NCBI GenBank assembly: GCA_018970465.1
Contig: JAGWWI010000001.1
Location: 3,430 to 67,429, forward strand
Origin: Patescibacteria group bacterium
GTDB taxonomy: Bacteria > Patescibacteriota > Minisyncoccia > Phycocordibacterales > Phycocordibacteraceae
DNA length: 64,000 nucleotides
Reading direction: 5' to 3'
The first letter of the stretch is position 1. Each line of letters begins with the position of its first letter. Below, piece after piece: positions 1 through 8,312 of this stretch. The notes under the pieces are model-generated. The model worked only from the letters and a program-made list of their open reading frames with translations. It searched no databases and was not told the origin of the DNA. Position numbers and translations under genes: made by a program.

Positions 1-909
1 AAGCTGCGGCCCGATCCGGCGGGACGGGAAGCGCTTATCTATCGCATGTAGCGCGTCGTCCCAGTCCCCATCGGGGAACTGCTCCATCATCGCGACGACG
101 GCGCCGAGATGCTTGAGGAGATGTGTGCGCCCTTCTTCGGGTGTCAGTCCCTGATGAAGGCGTGTCCTGCGGTTGCCTGTGGCCGTGCGTTCACTCATTT
201 CGTCGAGCGCCTCCAATATGCCCGGCGGCAGCTTCTCGTAAACTATACGGTTGGTGATGTTCGCCACCGCCCACGGGTGGTTCTTCTTGTCCTTCGTGTA
301 GCGCTCCCACGACCACCCTTTAAGGCGATATATCTGGTAGTAGTAGTCCTCGCCGAAGGCCTTGAGCCACGACTGTAGCTCCTTGGCGATGTACCGCGCC
401 ATAAGTCGCTCGTACTCGTCGCGCTCTTTCTGGTAGCCCGTCGCCTCGTCAATAAGAGCGTTGATGCCTACCGTTGCAAAGGCGCCGAGCAAAATACGGC
501 TTTGTTCAGCCACTTTTTGCTGATTTCGGGTCAATTTATGGTCCAAAAGCGCCTTCACCCATATGTCGCAGATCAGTGGTATCACTTCAGCCTTGAGGCC
601 GACGGCCTCGGCGCCATTGAGGGCCGTGTACTCCACTGTCCCAGCCATGATCTCGGGAAGGCGTTCCTCTACATATGGCTGAATGTTTTTCGCCGAGATG
701 AACTCGGGGAGCATGTCAGCGTCTGGGTTCGCCTTCCTCTTCTTCCAGTAAGCGCCACCGCCCTTCACGCCGAGGGCGAGCGCCATACTACGGATCGAGA
801 CGACGCGCTCTTTGTCTTCGAGAACGGCGCACGCAATCTTGAGAGGGCCGAGGTGATCGCCTTGGTGAGTAGCTTTGAGGATTGGGGTCGTGTTCGTCTT
901 TCTTGCCAT
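1..909 (-). CDS. Hypothetical protein, possibly a phage-associated P63C-like domain protein. The 3' end runs off the window edge.
   Basis: Reverse-complement translation from the ATG at 909..907 is open all the way to position 1. It reads MARKTNTTPILKATHQGDHLGPLKIACAVLEDKERVVSIRSMALALGVKGG...GWSWERYTKDKKNHPWAVANITNRIVYEKLPPGILEALDEM...DDALHAIDKRFPSRRIGPQL. The ORF is absent from the supplied track because it runs off the edge. GC is lower than its surroundings, and the antisense ORFs 109..378 and 502..930 are artefacts of it. The family call is from memory and is weak. Confidence 0.6.
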   Translation of the reverse strand, partial: MARKTNTTPILKATHQGDHLGPLKIACAVLEDKERVVSIRSMALALGVKGGGAYWKKRKANPDADMLPEFISAKNIQPYVEERLPEIMAGTVEYTALNGAEAVGLKAEVIPLICDIWVKALLDHKLTRNQQKVAEQSRILLGAFATVGINALIDEATGYQKERDEYERLMARYIAKELQSWLKAFGEDYYYQIYRLKGWSWERYTKDKKNHPWAVANITNRIVYEKLPPGILEALDEMSERTATGNRRTRLHQGLTPEEGRTHLLKHLGAVVAMMEQFPDGDWDDALHAIDKRFPSRRIGPQL

Positions 910-935
910 AATAAAAGGAACTTAGGGTAATGGCC

Positions 936-967
936 CTAGTGTAGCCGAGGCGTACTTGAAGTCAAGG
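936..967 (-). promoter_or_regulatory. Sigma70-like promoter (TTGACT-16-TACACT on the minus strand) for the edge gene. A 13-nt palindrome GGGGATAATCCCC lies further upstream at about 1003..1015.
   Basis: The minus strand reads cTTGACTtcaagtacgcctcggcTACACTagg, 25-55 nt upstream of the ATG at 909. The region is AT-rich in an otherwise GC-rich window. Confidence 0.35.
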
Positions 968-1093
968 GCAAGTATCGCCGTTTTCTTTACTTACTTGATA
1001 CAAGGGGATAATCCCCAATGAGTTATTCACCTAGTGCCGTCAGGGTCTGCGCCGCGTAACCAGGGCGCCCGGCGCGGGGGTTATCGGGGGAGT

Positions 1094-1294
1094 ATGAAAA
1101 ATCTTACAGACGTCGTGCTTATCGCAGGCTTCTTGGCCGTGGACTTTCTCTTCTTCCACGACATGTTCAAGGCGGGGGAGGCGATTAGCGCGGCGCAGTA
1201 CCTTACCGGCGCCCTGAGCCTCCTCGTGATCGGCCGCTCGCTCCTCTCGCTCGCGGGCGGGCAGCAGGCGCCTGCTGCAGCGGCGCGGGCCTAG
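1094..1294 (+). CDS. Small hypothetical membrane protein (66 aa, 2 predicted TM helices).
   Basis: Internal ATG of track ORF 1034..1294, preceded by GGGGGAG. The product is MKNLTDVVLIAGFLAVDFLFFHDMFKAGEAISAAQYLTGALSLLVIGRSLLSLAG. Confidence 0.4.
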   Translation: MKNLTDVVLIAGFLAVDFLFFHDMFKAGEAISAAQYLTGALSLLVIGRSLLSLAGGQQAPAAAARA

Positions 1295-1329
1295 CCGGCG
1301 CGGCCGCGCCCTCTGCTAGACTGGGGGCG

Positions 1330-2067
1330 ATGGCCGCTATCCTCCACAGGGCAGAAGAGCGCGGGCGGGGCGACTATGGGTGGCTCAAGACGCGCTACTC
1401 GTTCAGCTTCGCGGATTGGTACGAGCCCACGAGGATGGGATTCGGCGCGTTACGGGTGATTAACGACGATACGATCGCGGCTGGGCAAGGCTTCGGGCCC
1501 CACCCGCACAGGGACATGGAGATCGTGACGATCGTCACTCGCGGCACGGTCGCGCACCAAGACAGCGCAGGCAACACAGGCGTCACGAGGGCGGGCGAGG
1601 TGCAGGTGATGAGCGCCGGCACGGGCATCGTCCACGCGGAGGCGAACGCCTCGGCCGAGGAGCCTCTCTCGCTCTTCCAAGTCTGGATCACGCCGCGCGA
1701 GGCGGGCCTCGTGCCGCGCTACGTGCAGCAGGCGTTCGACTTCGACGCGCCGGGCGCGACGCTGCTTGCCGCGCCCACCGTAGCCTCTGGCGAAGGGCGG
1801 GCGGCGCCAAGCGAGGATGGGGGAGCGCTCACTATCAACCAAGACGCGCACATCACCCTCGCGAACGTGGCGGGCGACTTCGCCTACGCGCTTCGCGACC
1901 CAGCGCACGGCGTGTACCTCTTCGTCGTCTCGGGGGCGGTCGAGATCGCGGGCGCCACGCTCCGCGAGCGCGACGCCTTGGGCGTGACGGGCGCGAGAGC
2001 GGTCGAGACGCGCGCGCCGCAGAGCGGCGCGCGCGTACTCATCTTCGAGGTGCCGATGATCGCCTAG
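1330..2067 (+). CDS. Pirin-family cupin protein (YhhW-like).
   Basis: Pirin N-terminal signatures are present: GWLKTRYSFSFADWYEP, GFGALRVINDDTI, and HPHRDMEIVTIVTRG (the metal-binding HxH...E). Length and layout are typical of the family. Confidence 0.9.
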   Translation: MAAILHRAEERGRGDYGWLKTRYSFSFADWYEPTRMGFGALRVINDDTIAAGQGFGPHPHRDMEIVTIVTRGTVAHQDSAGNTGVTRAGEVQVMSAGTGIVHAEANASAEEPLSLFQVWITPREAGLVPRYVQQAFDFDAPGATLLAAPTVASGEGRAAPSEDGGALTINQDAHITLANVAGDFAYALRDPAHGVYLFVVSGAVEIAGATLRERDALGVTGARAVETRAPQSGARVLIFEVPMIA

Positions 2068-2420
2068 AAGTGCGCGAGGAACGCCGCGAGCGTCGGGAGG
2101 TGCGAATGCGCGACCTCTTTGTTCGCCGTGAGGAGGGTCGCGCGGGTGCGTCGGCCGAGCTTCTCCGCGGCGAGCGCCCGGAGCGCCTTGCGATTCGCGG
2201 CGAGCTCGGCGCGGTAGCGTCGCGTGAACTCGGCGAAGCGCTCATCCGGCTTCGCGTGGTACCACTCCCGGAGCTCGCTCGAGGGCGCGAGCTCTTTGGC
2301 CCACCAATCTACCGCGGCGTCCGCCTTCGAGACCCCGCGCGGCCAGAGGCGGTCGGCGAGGATGCGGTACCCGTCGCTCTTCGCAGGGGCGTCGTAGACG
2401 CGCTTGGTCTTCGTAGTCAT
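2064..2420 (-). CDS. DUF488 (YeaO-like) family protein.
   Basis: Residues KRVYDAPAKSDGYRILADRLWPRGVSK...WAKELAPSSELREWYHAKPDERFAEFTRRYRAEL match the conserved DUF488 N-terminus. The gene is convergent with pirin, with a 4-nt overlap. Confidence 0.8.
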   Translation of the reverse strand: MTTKTKRVYDAPAKSDGYRILADRLWPRGVSKADAAVDWWAKELAPSSELREWYHAKPDERFAEFTRRYRAELAANRKALRALAAEKLGRRTRATLLTANKEVAHSHLPTLAAFLAHF

Positions 2421-2462
2421 GCCACTAGTATACGCCGCCTCACGGGCTCCTTATGCTCGTCC

Positions 2463-2468
2463 TGTATA
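2463..2468 (+). promoter_or_regulatory. -10 element TATAAT for the MFS gene (short or leaderless 5' UTR).
   Basis: A perfect TATAAT sits 11 nt upstream of the ATG at 2480 in a GC-rich background. The -35 element is weak. Confidence 0.35.
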
Positions 2469-2479
2469 ATCGCGTAGGT

Positions 2480-3994
2480 ATGCCAAGAGACACGGAGCAC
2501 CAGAACATCATGCTCGTGATGGGCGCCTTGATGCTAGTCCTCCTCCTCGCCGCGCTCGACCAGACGATCGTCTCGACCGCCCTGCCGCGGATCGCGAGCG
2601 ATCTCGACGCCTTGAACGAGCTCTCCTGGGTCGTGACCGCCTACCTCCTCACGACCGCAGTCACGACCCCGCTCTACGGCAAGCTCTCCGACCTCTACGG
2701 GCGGAAGCGAATGCTCTCCGCGGCGGTGATCATCTTCCTCATTGGCTCCGCGCTCTCGGGGCTCTCGCAGGGGATCGTCGAGCTCGTCATCTTCCGCGCC
2801 GTGCAGGGCCTCGGCGCGGGCGGGCTCATCTCGCTCGTCTTCGCAGCGGTCGGGGACGTGGTCGCGCCCCGCGAACGCGGGCGCTACCAGGGCTACTTCG
2901 GCGCGGTCTTCGGCCTCGCCTCGGTCGTGGGCCCCTTATTGGGCGGGGTCGCGACCGACTATTTCTCCTGGCGGTGGATCTTCTACATTAATCTCCCGAT
3001 CGGCATCCTCGCCCTCGTTGCGCTCTATCTCCGGCTCCCCGAGCACCAGTACCACCGCCGACACGCGATCGACTACCTCGGCGCGGCGCTCCTCTCTGCG
3101 GCGGTCGTCGCCGTGCTCCTCGTCGCGGTCTGGGGCGGCGTGACCTACCCCTGGGGCTCGCCCGCAATCCTCCTCCTCGCGCTCGGGGGCGCTGCTGCGG
3201 CAGTCGCGTTCGTCGTGACGGAGGCGCGGGCCCTCGAGCCAATTCTCCCGCTCGGGCTCTTCAAGAATCGCATCTTCGCCGTCTCGACGGCGCTCTCGTT
3301 CGTCACCGGTATCGCGATGTTCGCCGCGCTCGTCTACCTGCCCGAATATCAGCAGGTGGTGCGCGGCTATTCGGCGACGAAGTCCGGGCTCCTGATGCTC
3401 CCCTTGATCCTCGGCCTCGTCGGCGCCTCGATCGGCTCGGGCCGCATCATCTCGAAGACGGGGAAGTATCGCTGGTTCCCCATCATTGGGACAATCTTGA
3501 CCGGCTACGGCCTCTGGCTCCTCTCGCACGTGGGCGTCGCGACGCCGCAGACGACGCTCTCGGTCTGGATGTTCATCACGGGCCTCGGGATCGGCTCCTT
3601 CATGCAGGTCTTGACGCTCTCGGTGCAGAACGCCGTTGACCCGCGCGACCTCGGCACCGCGACCGCCTCGGTCGCGTTCTTCCGCACCATCGGCTCGACC
3701 TTGGGCACCGCGGGCCTCGGCGCCTTGCTCGCGAACCGCGTGCAGGAGTATATCGCCGCGCTCCTCCCGGGCGCTGCGGGGCAGGTGAACGTCTCGGGCG
3801 GCTTCTCGACGATCGCGCGGCTCGACCCGGCGGTCGCGCTCCGCGTCACGGAGGCATTCGCGGCGGCATTCCGCGACCTCTTCCTCTGGACCTTGCCCTT
3901 CGCCCTCGCGGCCTTCGTCATCTCCTTCTTCCTCAAAGAAATGCCCTTGCGCGAACGCTCCGAAGAGTACGCGGCAGGGCAGGGATTTGAATAG
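2480..3994 (+). CDS. MFS transporter of the DHA2 (EmrB/QacA-like, 14-TMS) drug:H+ antiporter family.
   Basis: Residues LDQTIVSTALPRIASDL...LYGKLSDLYGRKRML (the MFS motif A region), with about 14 hydrophobic segments and a length typical of DHA2. The start was chosen at the ATG preceded by AGGT and a perfect TATAAT at 2463..2468. An alternative upstream start lies at 2453. Confidence 0.88.
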   Translation: MPRDTEHQNIMLVMGALMLVLLLAALDQTIVSTALPRIASDLDALNELSWVVTAYLLTTAVTTPLYGKLSDLYGRKRMLSAAVIIFLIGSALSGLSQGIVELVIFRAVQGLGAGGLISLVFAAVGDVVAPRERGRYQGYFGAVFGLASVVGPLLGGVATDYFSWRWIFYINLPIGILALVALYLRLPEHQYHRRHAIDYLGAALLSAAVVAVLLVAVWGGVTYPWGSPAILLLALGGAAAAVAFVVTEARALEPILPLGLFKNRIFAVSTALSFVTGIAMFAALVYLPEYQQVVRGYSATKSGLLMLPLILGLVGASIGSGRIISKTGKYRWFPIIGTILTGYGLWLLSHVGVATPQTTLSVWMFITGLGIGSFMQVLTLSVQNAVDPRDLGTATASVAFFRTIGSTLGTAGLGALLANRVQEYIAALLPGAAGQVNVSGGFSTIARLDPAVALRVTEAFAAAFRDLFLWTLPFALAAFVISFFLKEMPLRERSEEYAAGQGFE

Positions 3995-4002
3995 CGCGCG
4001 AG

Positions 4003-4036
4003 AAGCCCCGGCCATAGAGGCCGGGGCTTATCTTAT
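4003..4036. terminator. Bidirectional intrinsic terminator between convergent genes.
   Basis: Perfect 11-bp stem aagccccggcc / ggccggggctt with a 5-nt loop, followed by atcttat. It lies between the MFS stop (3994) and the minus-strand gene ending at 4045. Confidence 0.7.
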
Positions 4037-4044
4037 AGGCACGA

Positions 4045-4386
4045 TCACGCACGGTGAAACCTTTTGATCGGCCCATCATAGGCGGCCAAGAAGGCTTCCA
4101 TGTCGAACGGCGGCTCCGGCCCTCCAGGCGTACTCTTGTGGTGCCGACAGAGCTTGTAGAGCAGGTCGGCATGGGTGAGGTTGGGGAACAGGTGCTCGAA
4201 GATGTGCATGAAGTTGAGCACGCCGACCATCCACACGGCCATACTAAGCTCTCCTTCGCGGTTATGGCGCTCGTAGTGCGCGCCGACGTGTTCGCGGAAG
4301 TGGGCGATAAGCTGGTCGGCCCCGCGCTGCTCGGCGATCAAGCGGCACCATTCCGCGTGAACAGCTACCGCTCTGTGTTCGTTCAT
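4045..4386 (-). CDS. Hypothetical protein (113 aa, His-rich).
   Basis: Frame-consistent ORF with GC3-rich codon usage. An SD GAAGGGA lies 8 nt upstream, and a TTGCGC-17-TATAAG promoter is on the minus strand at about 4400..4440. No family was recognised. Confidence 0.55.
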   Translation of the reverse strand: MNEHRAVAVHAEWCRLIAEQRGADQLIAHFREHVGAHYERHNREGELSMAVWMVGVLNFMHIFEHLFPNLTHADLLYKLCRHHKSTPGGPEPPFDMEAFLAAYDGPIKRFHRA

Positions 4387-4455
4387 TGATTCGGTCCCTT
4401 CAGTCGGTGATCCTCGACCCTTATACGACAGCGCATACTGGGGCGCAAGCGCAGA

Positions 4456-4485
4456 AACGGGCGGCCCGAAGGCCGCCCGTTTTTC
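4456..4485 (-). terminator. Intrinsic terminator hairpin (aacgggcggcc-cgaa-ggccgcccgtt, T-run on the plus side).
   Basis: 11-bp perfect stem with a 4-nt loop, 35 nt downstream of the minus-strand gene 4520..4720. The T5 run is on the plus side, so it may work bidirectionally. Confidence 0.6.
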
Positions 4486-4519
4486 GAAATTCCGGATCAG
4501 TTCTGCGCGTTCTCTTCGC

Positions 4520-4720
4520 TCATCGAGCTGCGGCCATGACGCTTAGGGCATGCCGGATCCGCCAGATGAAGGTACCGGCTGCGGTCATGGGCGTGCCACA
4601 GGGGCAGAAGTCCCCGTCGCGCCCCGCGTCATAGTGCATATGCGCGCAGAAGAAGGGGCCTTCATCCTCAGCTGTGCTCGCGAGGGCTGTCGTTGACAGC
4701 AGTAGCGCTCGTTGGGTCAT
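4520..4720 (-). CDS. Small hypothetical secreted protein, Cys/His-rich (66 aa), possibly metal-binding.
   Basis: Internal ATG of track ORF 4520..4867 with GGGAGG 6 nt upstream. The product is MTQRALLLSTTALASTAEDEGPFFCAHMHYDAGRDGDFCPCGTPMTAAG..., with a signal-like N-terminus and a CxHxH...CxC pattern. Confidence 0.45.
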   Translation of the reverse strand: MTQRALLLSTTALASTAEDEGPFFCAHMHYDAGRDGDFCPCGTPMTAAGTFIWRIRHALSVMAAAR

Positions 4721-4784
4721 TGTTGGCCTCCCGTTGTTCTGCAATTTGAGTATCATTTGGCGGGCGTGGTGTAAAGCAAGTAGA

Positions 4785-5531
4785 ATGGACCCAATGAGGA
4801 TTGTCTTCTTCGACACCGAGACGACCGGGGGCGCCGAGAAGGATCGGCTCATCCAGCTTGCGGCCAAAGACCGGCGCGCCCTCGCGCCGGTCGTGAATGC
4901 GCTCTACAAGCCGCCCTTGCCGATCTCGATAGAGAGCATGGCGATCCACCACATCACCGAGAAGATGGTCGCCGAGCGGCCGGCCTTCACCGAGGCGCCC
5001 GAATATGCCGAGCTCAAAGCGCTCTTCGAGCATCCGGACACGTTCGCCGTCGCGCACAATGCGGCCTTCGACCTCGCGATGCTCGCGCGGGAGGGGATTC
5101 GCCCGGCGAACGTTATCTGCACCTACAAGGTCGCGCGGGCCCTCGACCCCTCGGAGGTCGTCGAGCGCTACCAGCTCCAGTACCTGCGCTACCTCCTCGG
5201 GCTCGAAGTCGAGGCGGCGGCCCACGACGCCTGGGGCGACGTGCTCGTCCTTGAGGCGGTCTTCGAGCGCCTATTCGCCAAGGTGGTCGAGCGGGAGGGG
5301 AGCGAGGCAGCGGCGATCGAGCGGATGCGCGCCATCTCTGCCGAGCCGGTCCTCTTCACTACGCTCCGCTTCGGCAAGTATAAGGGCAAGAAGATCGCAG
5401 AGGTCGCCCGCGAGGATCGCGGCTACCTCGAATGGCTCCTCCGCGAGAAGCGCAAGGAGCCTGCGGGTGAGGAGGACTGGATCGCGACCCTGGAGCGCGC
5501 GCTTAGCGCGGCGCCCGTTGCGCGCGCCTAA
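4785..5531 (+). CDS. exoX: 3'-5' exonuclease of the DnaQ/DEDDh family with an ExoX-type C-terminal domain (exodeoxyribonuclease X-like).
   Basis: The Exo I motif MRIVFFDTETTG is at the N-terminus. The C-terminal LRFGKYKGKKIAEVAREDRGYLEWLL matches the E. coli ExoX C-terminal FTFGKYRGKAVSDVAERDPGYLRWLF. The start is an internal ATG of track ORF 4674..5531. Confidence 0.8.
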   Translation: MDPMRIVFFDTETTGGAEKDRLIQLAAKDRRALAPVVNALYKPPLPISIESMAIHHITEKMVAERPAFTEAPEYAELKALFEHPDTFAVAHNAAFDLAMLAREGIRPANVICTYKVARALDPSEVVERYQLQYLRYLLGLEVEAAAHDAWGDVLVLEAVFERLFAKVVEREGSEAAAIERMRAISAEPVLFTTLRFGKYKGKKIAEVAREDRGYLEWLLREKRKEPAGEEDWIATLERALSAAPVARA

Positions 5532-5908
5532 TTCGCACTCTCGGCGAGCCGCGGTGCCTGCCGGTACTGCCGCCAGACAAGGCCGAGCGCGAGCACGAAG
5601 AGGATCAACGCGCCGAAGTCGTCGCCCGCCGAAGACGGGTCGTCGAACTCGACGAGGAGCGCGCCGATCTTGGTTGCGAGCGCGAGCGCTACGAGCGCGA
5701 CCGGCGCGATCGAGCGCGCGAATCGGTTGCGGCCTCGGCGGTACCACCAGATCCCGGCGAGGCTGAGGAGGAAGAGGACGCCGTCGTCGATCTTGTCCGG
5801 CACGTCATTCTCGAAGAACACCTCAGGGAGGAAGGCGAAGCCCGAGAGCCCGACGATAGCGACGCCGAGGAGATTCACGCCGCAGTGTACGGATTCAGAG
5901 AGTGTCAT
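5528..5908 (-). CDS. Hypothetical integral membrane protein (about 4 TM helices).
   Basis: Hydrophobic-segment pattern. The gene is convergent with exoX and their stops overlap. Confidence 0.55.
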   Translation of the reverse strand: MTLSESVHCGVNLLGVAIVGLSGFAFLPEVFFENDVPDKIDDGVLFLLSLAGIWWYRRGRNRFARSIAPVALVALALATKIGALLVEFDDPSSAGDDFGALILFVLALGLVWRQYRQAPRLAESAN

Positions 5909-5912
5909 GTGT

Positions 5913-5940
5913 CGTAGAGTATAGCAGTCCTGCTATACTC
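5913..5940. promoter_or_regulatory. Divergent promoter/operator palindrome gtatagcag-tc-ctgctatac in the 39-nt intergenic region.
   Basis: Perfect 9+9 inverted repeat at 5919..5938. It gives a TATACT -10-like hexamer on both strands, each about 10 nt from its ATG (5908 on minus, 5948 on plus). Confidence 0.4.
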
Positions 5941-5947
5941 GCCCCAA

Positions 5948-6805
5948 ATGCCCGTACGCATTCTCGCTCTCATCGCGCTTGCCGCCTTCGCGGGCGGCTA
6001 CGGCGTCGTCCGGCTCGCGCACGGACACGTCCCGGGTGCGCGCGAGGCAGCTGTCGCGCAAGTGCTGCTTGCCGGAGCGCCGGATGTCGTCGCAGAGCCC
6101 GTCGCAACCTCCTCGGAGCCGACCGCGGGGGCGCCGGGGAATGTCCGCGTTCCCATTCTCGTCTATCACATAGTCCGGCCGAGCTACCCCTCCGACTCGG
6201 CGGCGGTGCGCGCGCTCGCGGTGACGCCCGAGACCTTCGACGCCGAGCTCGCGCACCTCGCGAGCGCGGGCTATCGCGTCGTCCCGCTCGCGGCGCTCGA
6301 GTCGAGCCTCGCCTCCTCGACCCCGCTCCCCGCGAAGCCGGTCGTGATCACGCTCGACGACGGCTGGGAGGACCAGTACCAGTACGCGTTCCCGATCCTC
6401 AGGGCGCACGGCGACCCGGCGACCTTCTTCGTCTTCACCAACGCGATCGGGCGCAAAGGGTTCTTCACCTGGAGCGAGCTCAAGGAGATGCTCGCTGTGG
6501 GGATGTCGATCGGCGACCACACGGAGTCGCACCCGTACCTCACGCGCCTCTCGCTCGCGAAGCAGCAGCAGGAGATCCTCGGCGCGCGCGCGATCCTCGA
6601 GCGCGGGCTCGGCGTCTCTATCCGGGAATTCGCGTACCCCTTCGGCCTCCACGACGCGACGACGACCGCGATCCTCTCGGCCGCAGGCTTCGCCGCCGCG
6701 CGCGACGACGGCGGGTCGCCGCTCCAGTCCCTCGCCAAGATCTACACGCTCGGCTCGATGAACGCGCCCACCACGACCGCGGCCTTCGACCGCTGGTTCC
6801 CTTGA
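5948..6805 (+). CDS. Polysaccharide deacetylase (NodB homology domain, CE4 family), membrane-anchored.
   Basis: N-terminal TM segment. NodB motifs are present: VPILVYHIV, ITLDDGWEDQY (the TFDDG-type motif 1), GDHTESHP, and FAYPFG. Confidence 0.9.
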   Translation: MPVRILALIALAAFAGGYGVVRLAHGHVPGAREAAVAQVLLAGAPDVVAEPVATSSEPTAGAPGNVRVPILVYHIVRPSYPSDSAAVRALAVTPETFDAELAHLASAGYRVVPLAALESSLASSTPLPAKPVVITLDDGWEDQYQYAFPILRAHGDPATFFVFTNAIGRKGFFTWSELKEMLAVGMSIGDHTESHPYLTRLSLAKQQQEILGARAILERGLGVSIREFAYPFGLHDATTTAILSAAGFAAARDDGGSPLQSLAKIYTLGSMNAPTTTAAFDRWFP

Positions 6806-6814
6806 CCTGCTATC

Positions 6815-7978
6815 ATGGCCGGGATGAAGCGGCTGCAGACCGAATCCGGGCCCTATTATCTTGCGGTCGCGGGGATGATCGCGCTCGCGGGCGCGGTCTA
6901 TCTCGCGGGCGTCTCGGACGCCTTCGCCACCGTCTACCGGCAGGGCGCCGCGCTCGCGACCTCGACTGCCGCGGCCGCTGCGAGCCCGGCTTGGCCGCTC
7001 GCGCTTGATACGGCTGACTACAACCGCCGGCTCCTCGCTTTGGCGCACATCCCGCTCGCCTCGACGACCCCGGACGCCGCGCGCGCCGCGGCGACCACGA
7101 CGCCGCGGCTCCTCCTCGCGACCTCGAGCGCCTCGACCTCCGTCGCGGTGGCAGGCAAGAAGTGGCCGCATTCGACCGTCTACCCAGAAGGGGGCGCGAT
7201 CTTGCCCTTCCATCGCATCGTCGCCTACTACGGCAACTTCTACTCCAAGCAGATGGGCGTCCTCGGCGAATATCCGCCCGATGTCGTCCTCGCGAAGCTT
7301 GCCTCGACGACCGCGGCCTGGGCCGCCGCCGACCCCGCGACTCCGACTATCCCCGCGATCCAGTACATCGCGGTCGTCGCGCAGGGCTCGGCCACCAAGA
7401 ACGGCAAGTGGATCGCGCGCATGCCGGACGACCAAGTCGACAAAGCGCTTGCGATGGCGAACCAGATCCACGGGCTCCTCTTCCTCGACGTGCAGGTAGG
7501 GCAGTCGAACGTCGAGACCGAGATCCCGATGCTCGAGAAGTACTTGCAGATGCCGAACGTCGAGCTCGCGATCGACCCCGAGTTCTCGATGAAGGACGGC
7601 TCGGCGCCGGGGAGGGAGATCGGCACGATGAATCAGGACGACGTGAACTGGACGGCCCAGTATCTGGCGAAGCTTGTCCGCGACAATAAGCTCCCGCCGA
7701 AGGTGCTCGTGGTGCACCGCTTCACCTACGACATGCTCCGCGGCGCAGCGCTCGTGAAGCCCCTGCCCGAGGTCGAGGTCGTCGTCGACATGGACGGGTG
7801 GGGCGGCCAGGCGAAGAAGATCGGCACCTACACCAACATCGTTGCGCCCGAGCCGATCCAGTTCACCGGCTTGAAGCTCTTCTACCACGCAGACTTGAAG
7901 CCGCCCTCGACCGGCATGCTCAGCATGAAGCAAGTGCTCTCGCTCACCCCTGCGCCGATTTATATCCAGTATCAGTAG
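6815..7978 (+). CDS. Hypothetical secreted or membrane-anchored protein. It may be a glycoside-hydrolase-like partner of the deacetylase, but this is unverified.
   Basis: N-terminal hydrophobic anchor, 387 aa, 10 nt downstream of the deacetylase gene. No motif was recognised with confidence. Confidence 0.6.
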   Translation: MAGMKRLQTESGPYYLAVAGMIALAGAVYLAGVSDAFATVYRQGAALATSTAAAAASPAWPLALDTADYNRRLLALAHIPLASTTPDAARAAATTTPRLLLATSSASTSVAVAGKKWPHSTVYPEGGAILPFHRIVAYYGNFYSKQMGVLGEYPPDVVLAKLASTTAAWAAADPATPTIPAIQYIAVVAQGSATKNGKWIARMPDDQVDKALAMANQIHGLLFLDVQVGQSNVETEIPMLEKYLQMPNVELAIDPEFSMKDGSAPGREIGTMNQDDVNWTAQYLAKLVRDNKLPPKVLVVHRFTYDMLRGAALVKPLPEVEVVVDMDGWGGQAKKIGTYTNIVAPEPIQFTGLKLFYHADLKPPSTGMLSMKQVLSLTPAPIYIQYQ

Positions 7979-8287
7979 CTAGCGCGGCTTCCAGTGCGAG
8001 AGGGGGAGCGCGACGCGCGGGCCGGCGAATTTGACGCCTTCGGCTGCGAGCTTCTCGCGCTTCGCGAGGATGCCGTCGAATGCGTAGCCCACGAGAGCGC
8101 CGCCCGCGCCGACGACGCGGTGGCAGGGGACCTTCTGCGGGTTCGTATTGCGCGACATGAGCATGCCGACGGCGCGGGCGGCCTTCGGATTCCCGGCGAG
8201 GGCTGCCACCTGGCCGTAGGTCGCGACCTTGCCCTTCGGGATCTTGGCGACGGTGTCGTATACGCGCTGCTTGAATGAATCGTCCAT
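7979..8287 (-). CDS. MGMT-family protein (methylated-DNA-protein-cysteine methyltransferase DNA-binding domain, Ogt/YbaZ-like).
   Basis: The active-site motif VPCHRVV is present, and the DNA-binding helix TYGQVAALAGNPKAARAVG is about 100 aa long. Confidence 0.85.
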   Translation of the reverse strand: MDDSFKQRVYDTVAKIPKGKVATYGQVAALAGNPKAARAVGMLMSRNTNPQKVPCHRVVGAGGALVGYAFDGILAKREKLAAEGVKFAGPRVALPLSHWKPR

Positions 8288-8312
8288 GCGTTCATGGTAT
8301 CATCGGCCGCAT

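Noticed and set aside
109-930. Plus-strand ORFs 109..378 and 502..930 in the track.
   Set aside because: Both are antisense to the edge-truncated minus-strand gene (1..909). That gene translates to a sensible protein and was missed by the track only because it has no in-window stop.
2936-4015. 359-aa minus-strand ORF.
   Set aside because: Antisense to the MFS transporter; Arg/Glu-rich with no domain.
4386-4460. Possible small RNA between two minus-strand genes, ending at the hairpin with a plus-side T5 run.
   Set aside because: The stretch is better explained as the promoter (TTGCGC-17-TATAAG) and SD of the minus-strand gene 4045..4386, plus a terminator for the upstream minus gene. No independent support for an sRNA.
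5933-7933. 666-aa minus-strand ORF, the longest 'protein' in the track.
   Set aside because: Extremely Arg/Asp/Gly-rich low-complexity sequence. It is antisense to the polysaccharide-deacetylase gene and the following secreted-protein gene, a typical high-GC antisense open frame.
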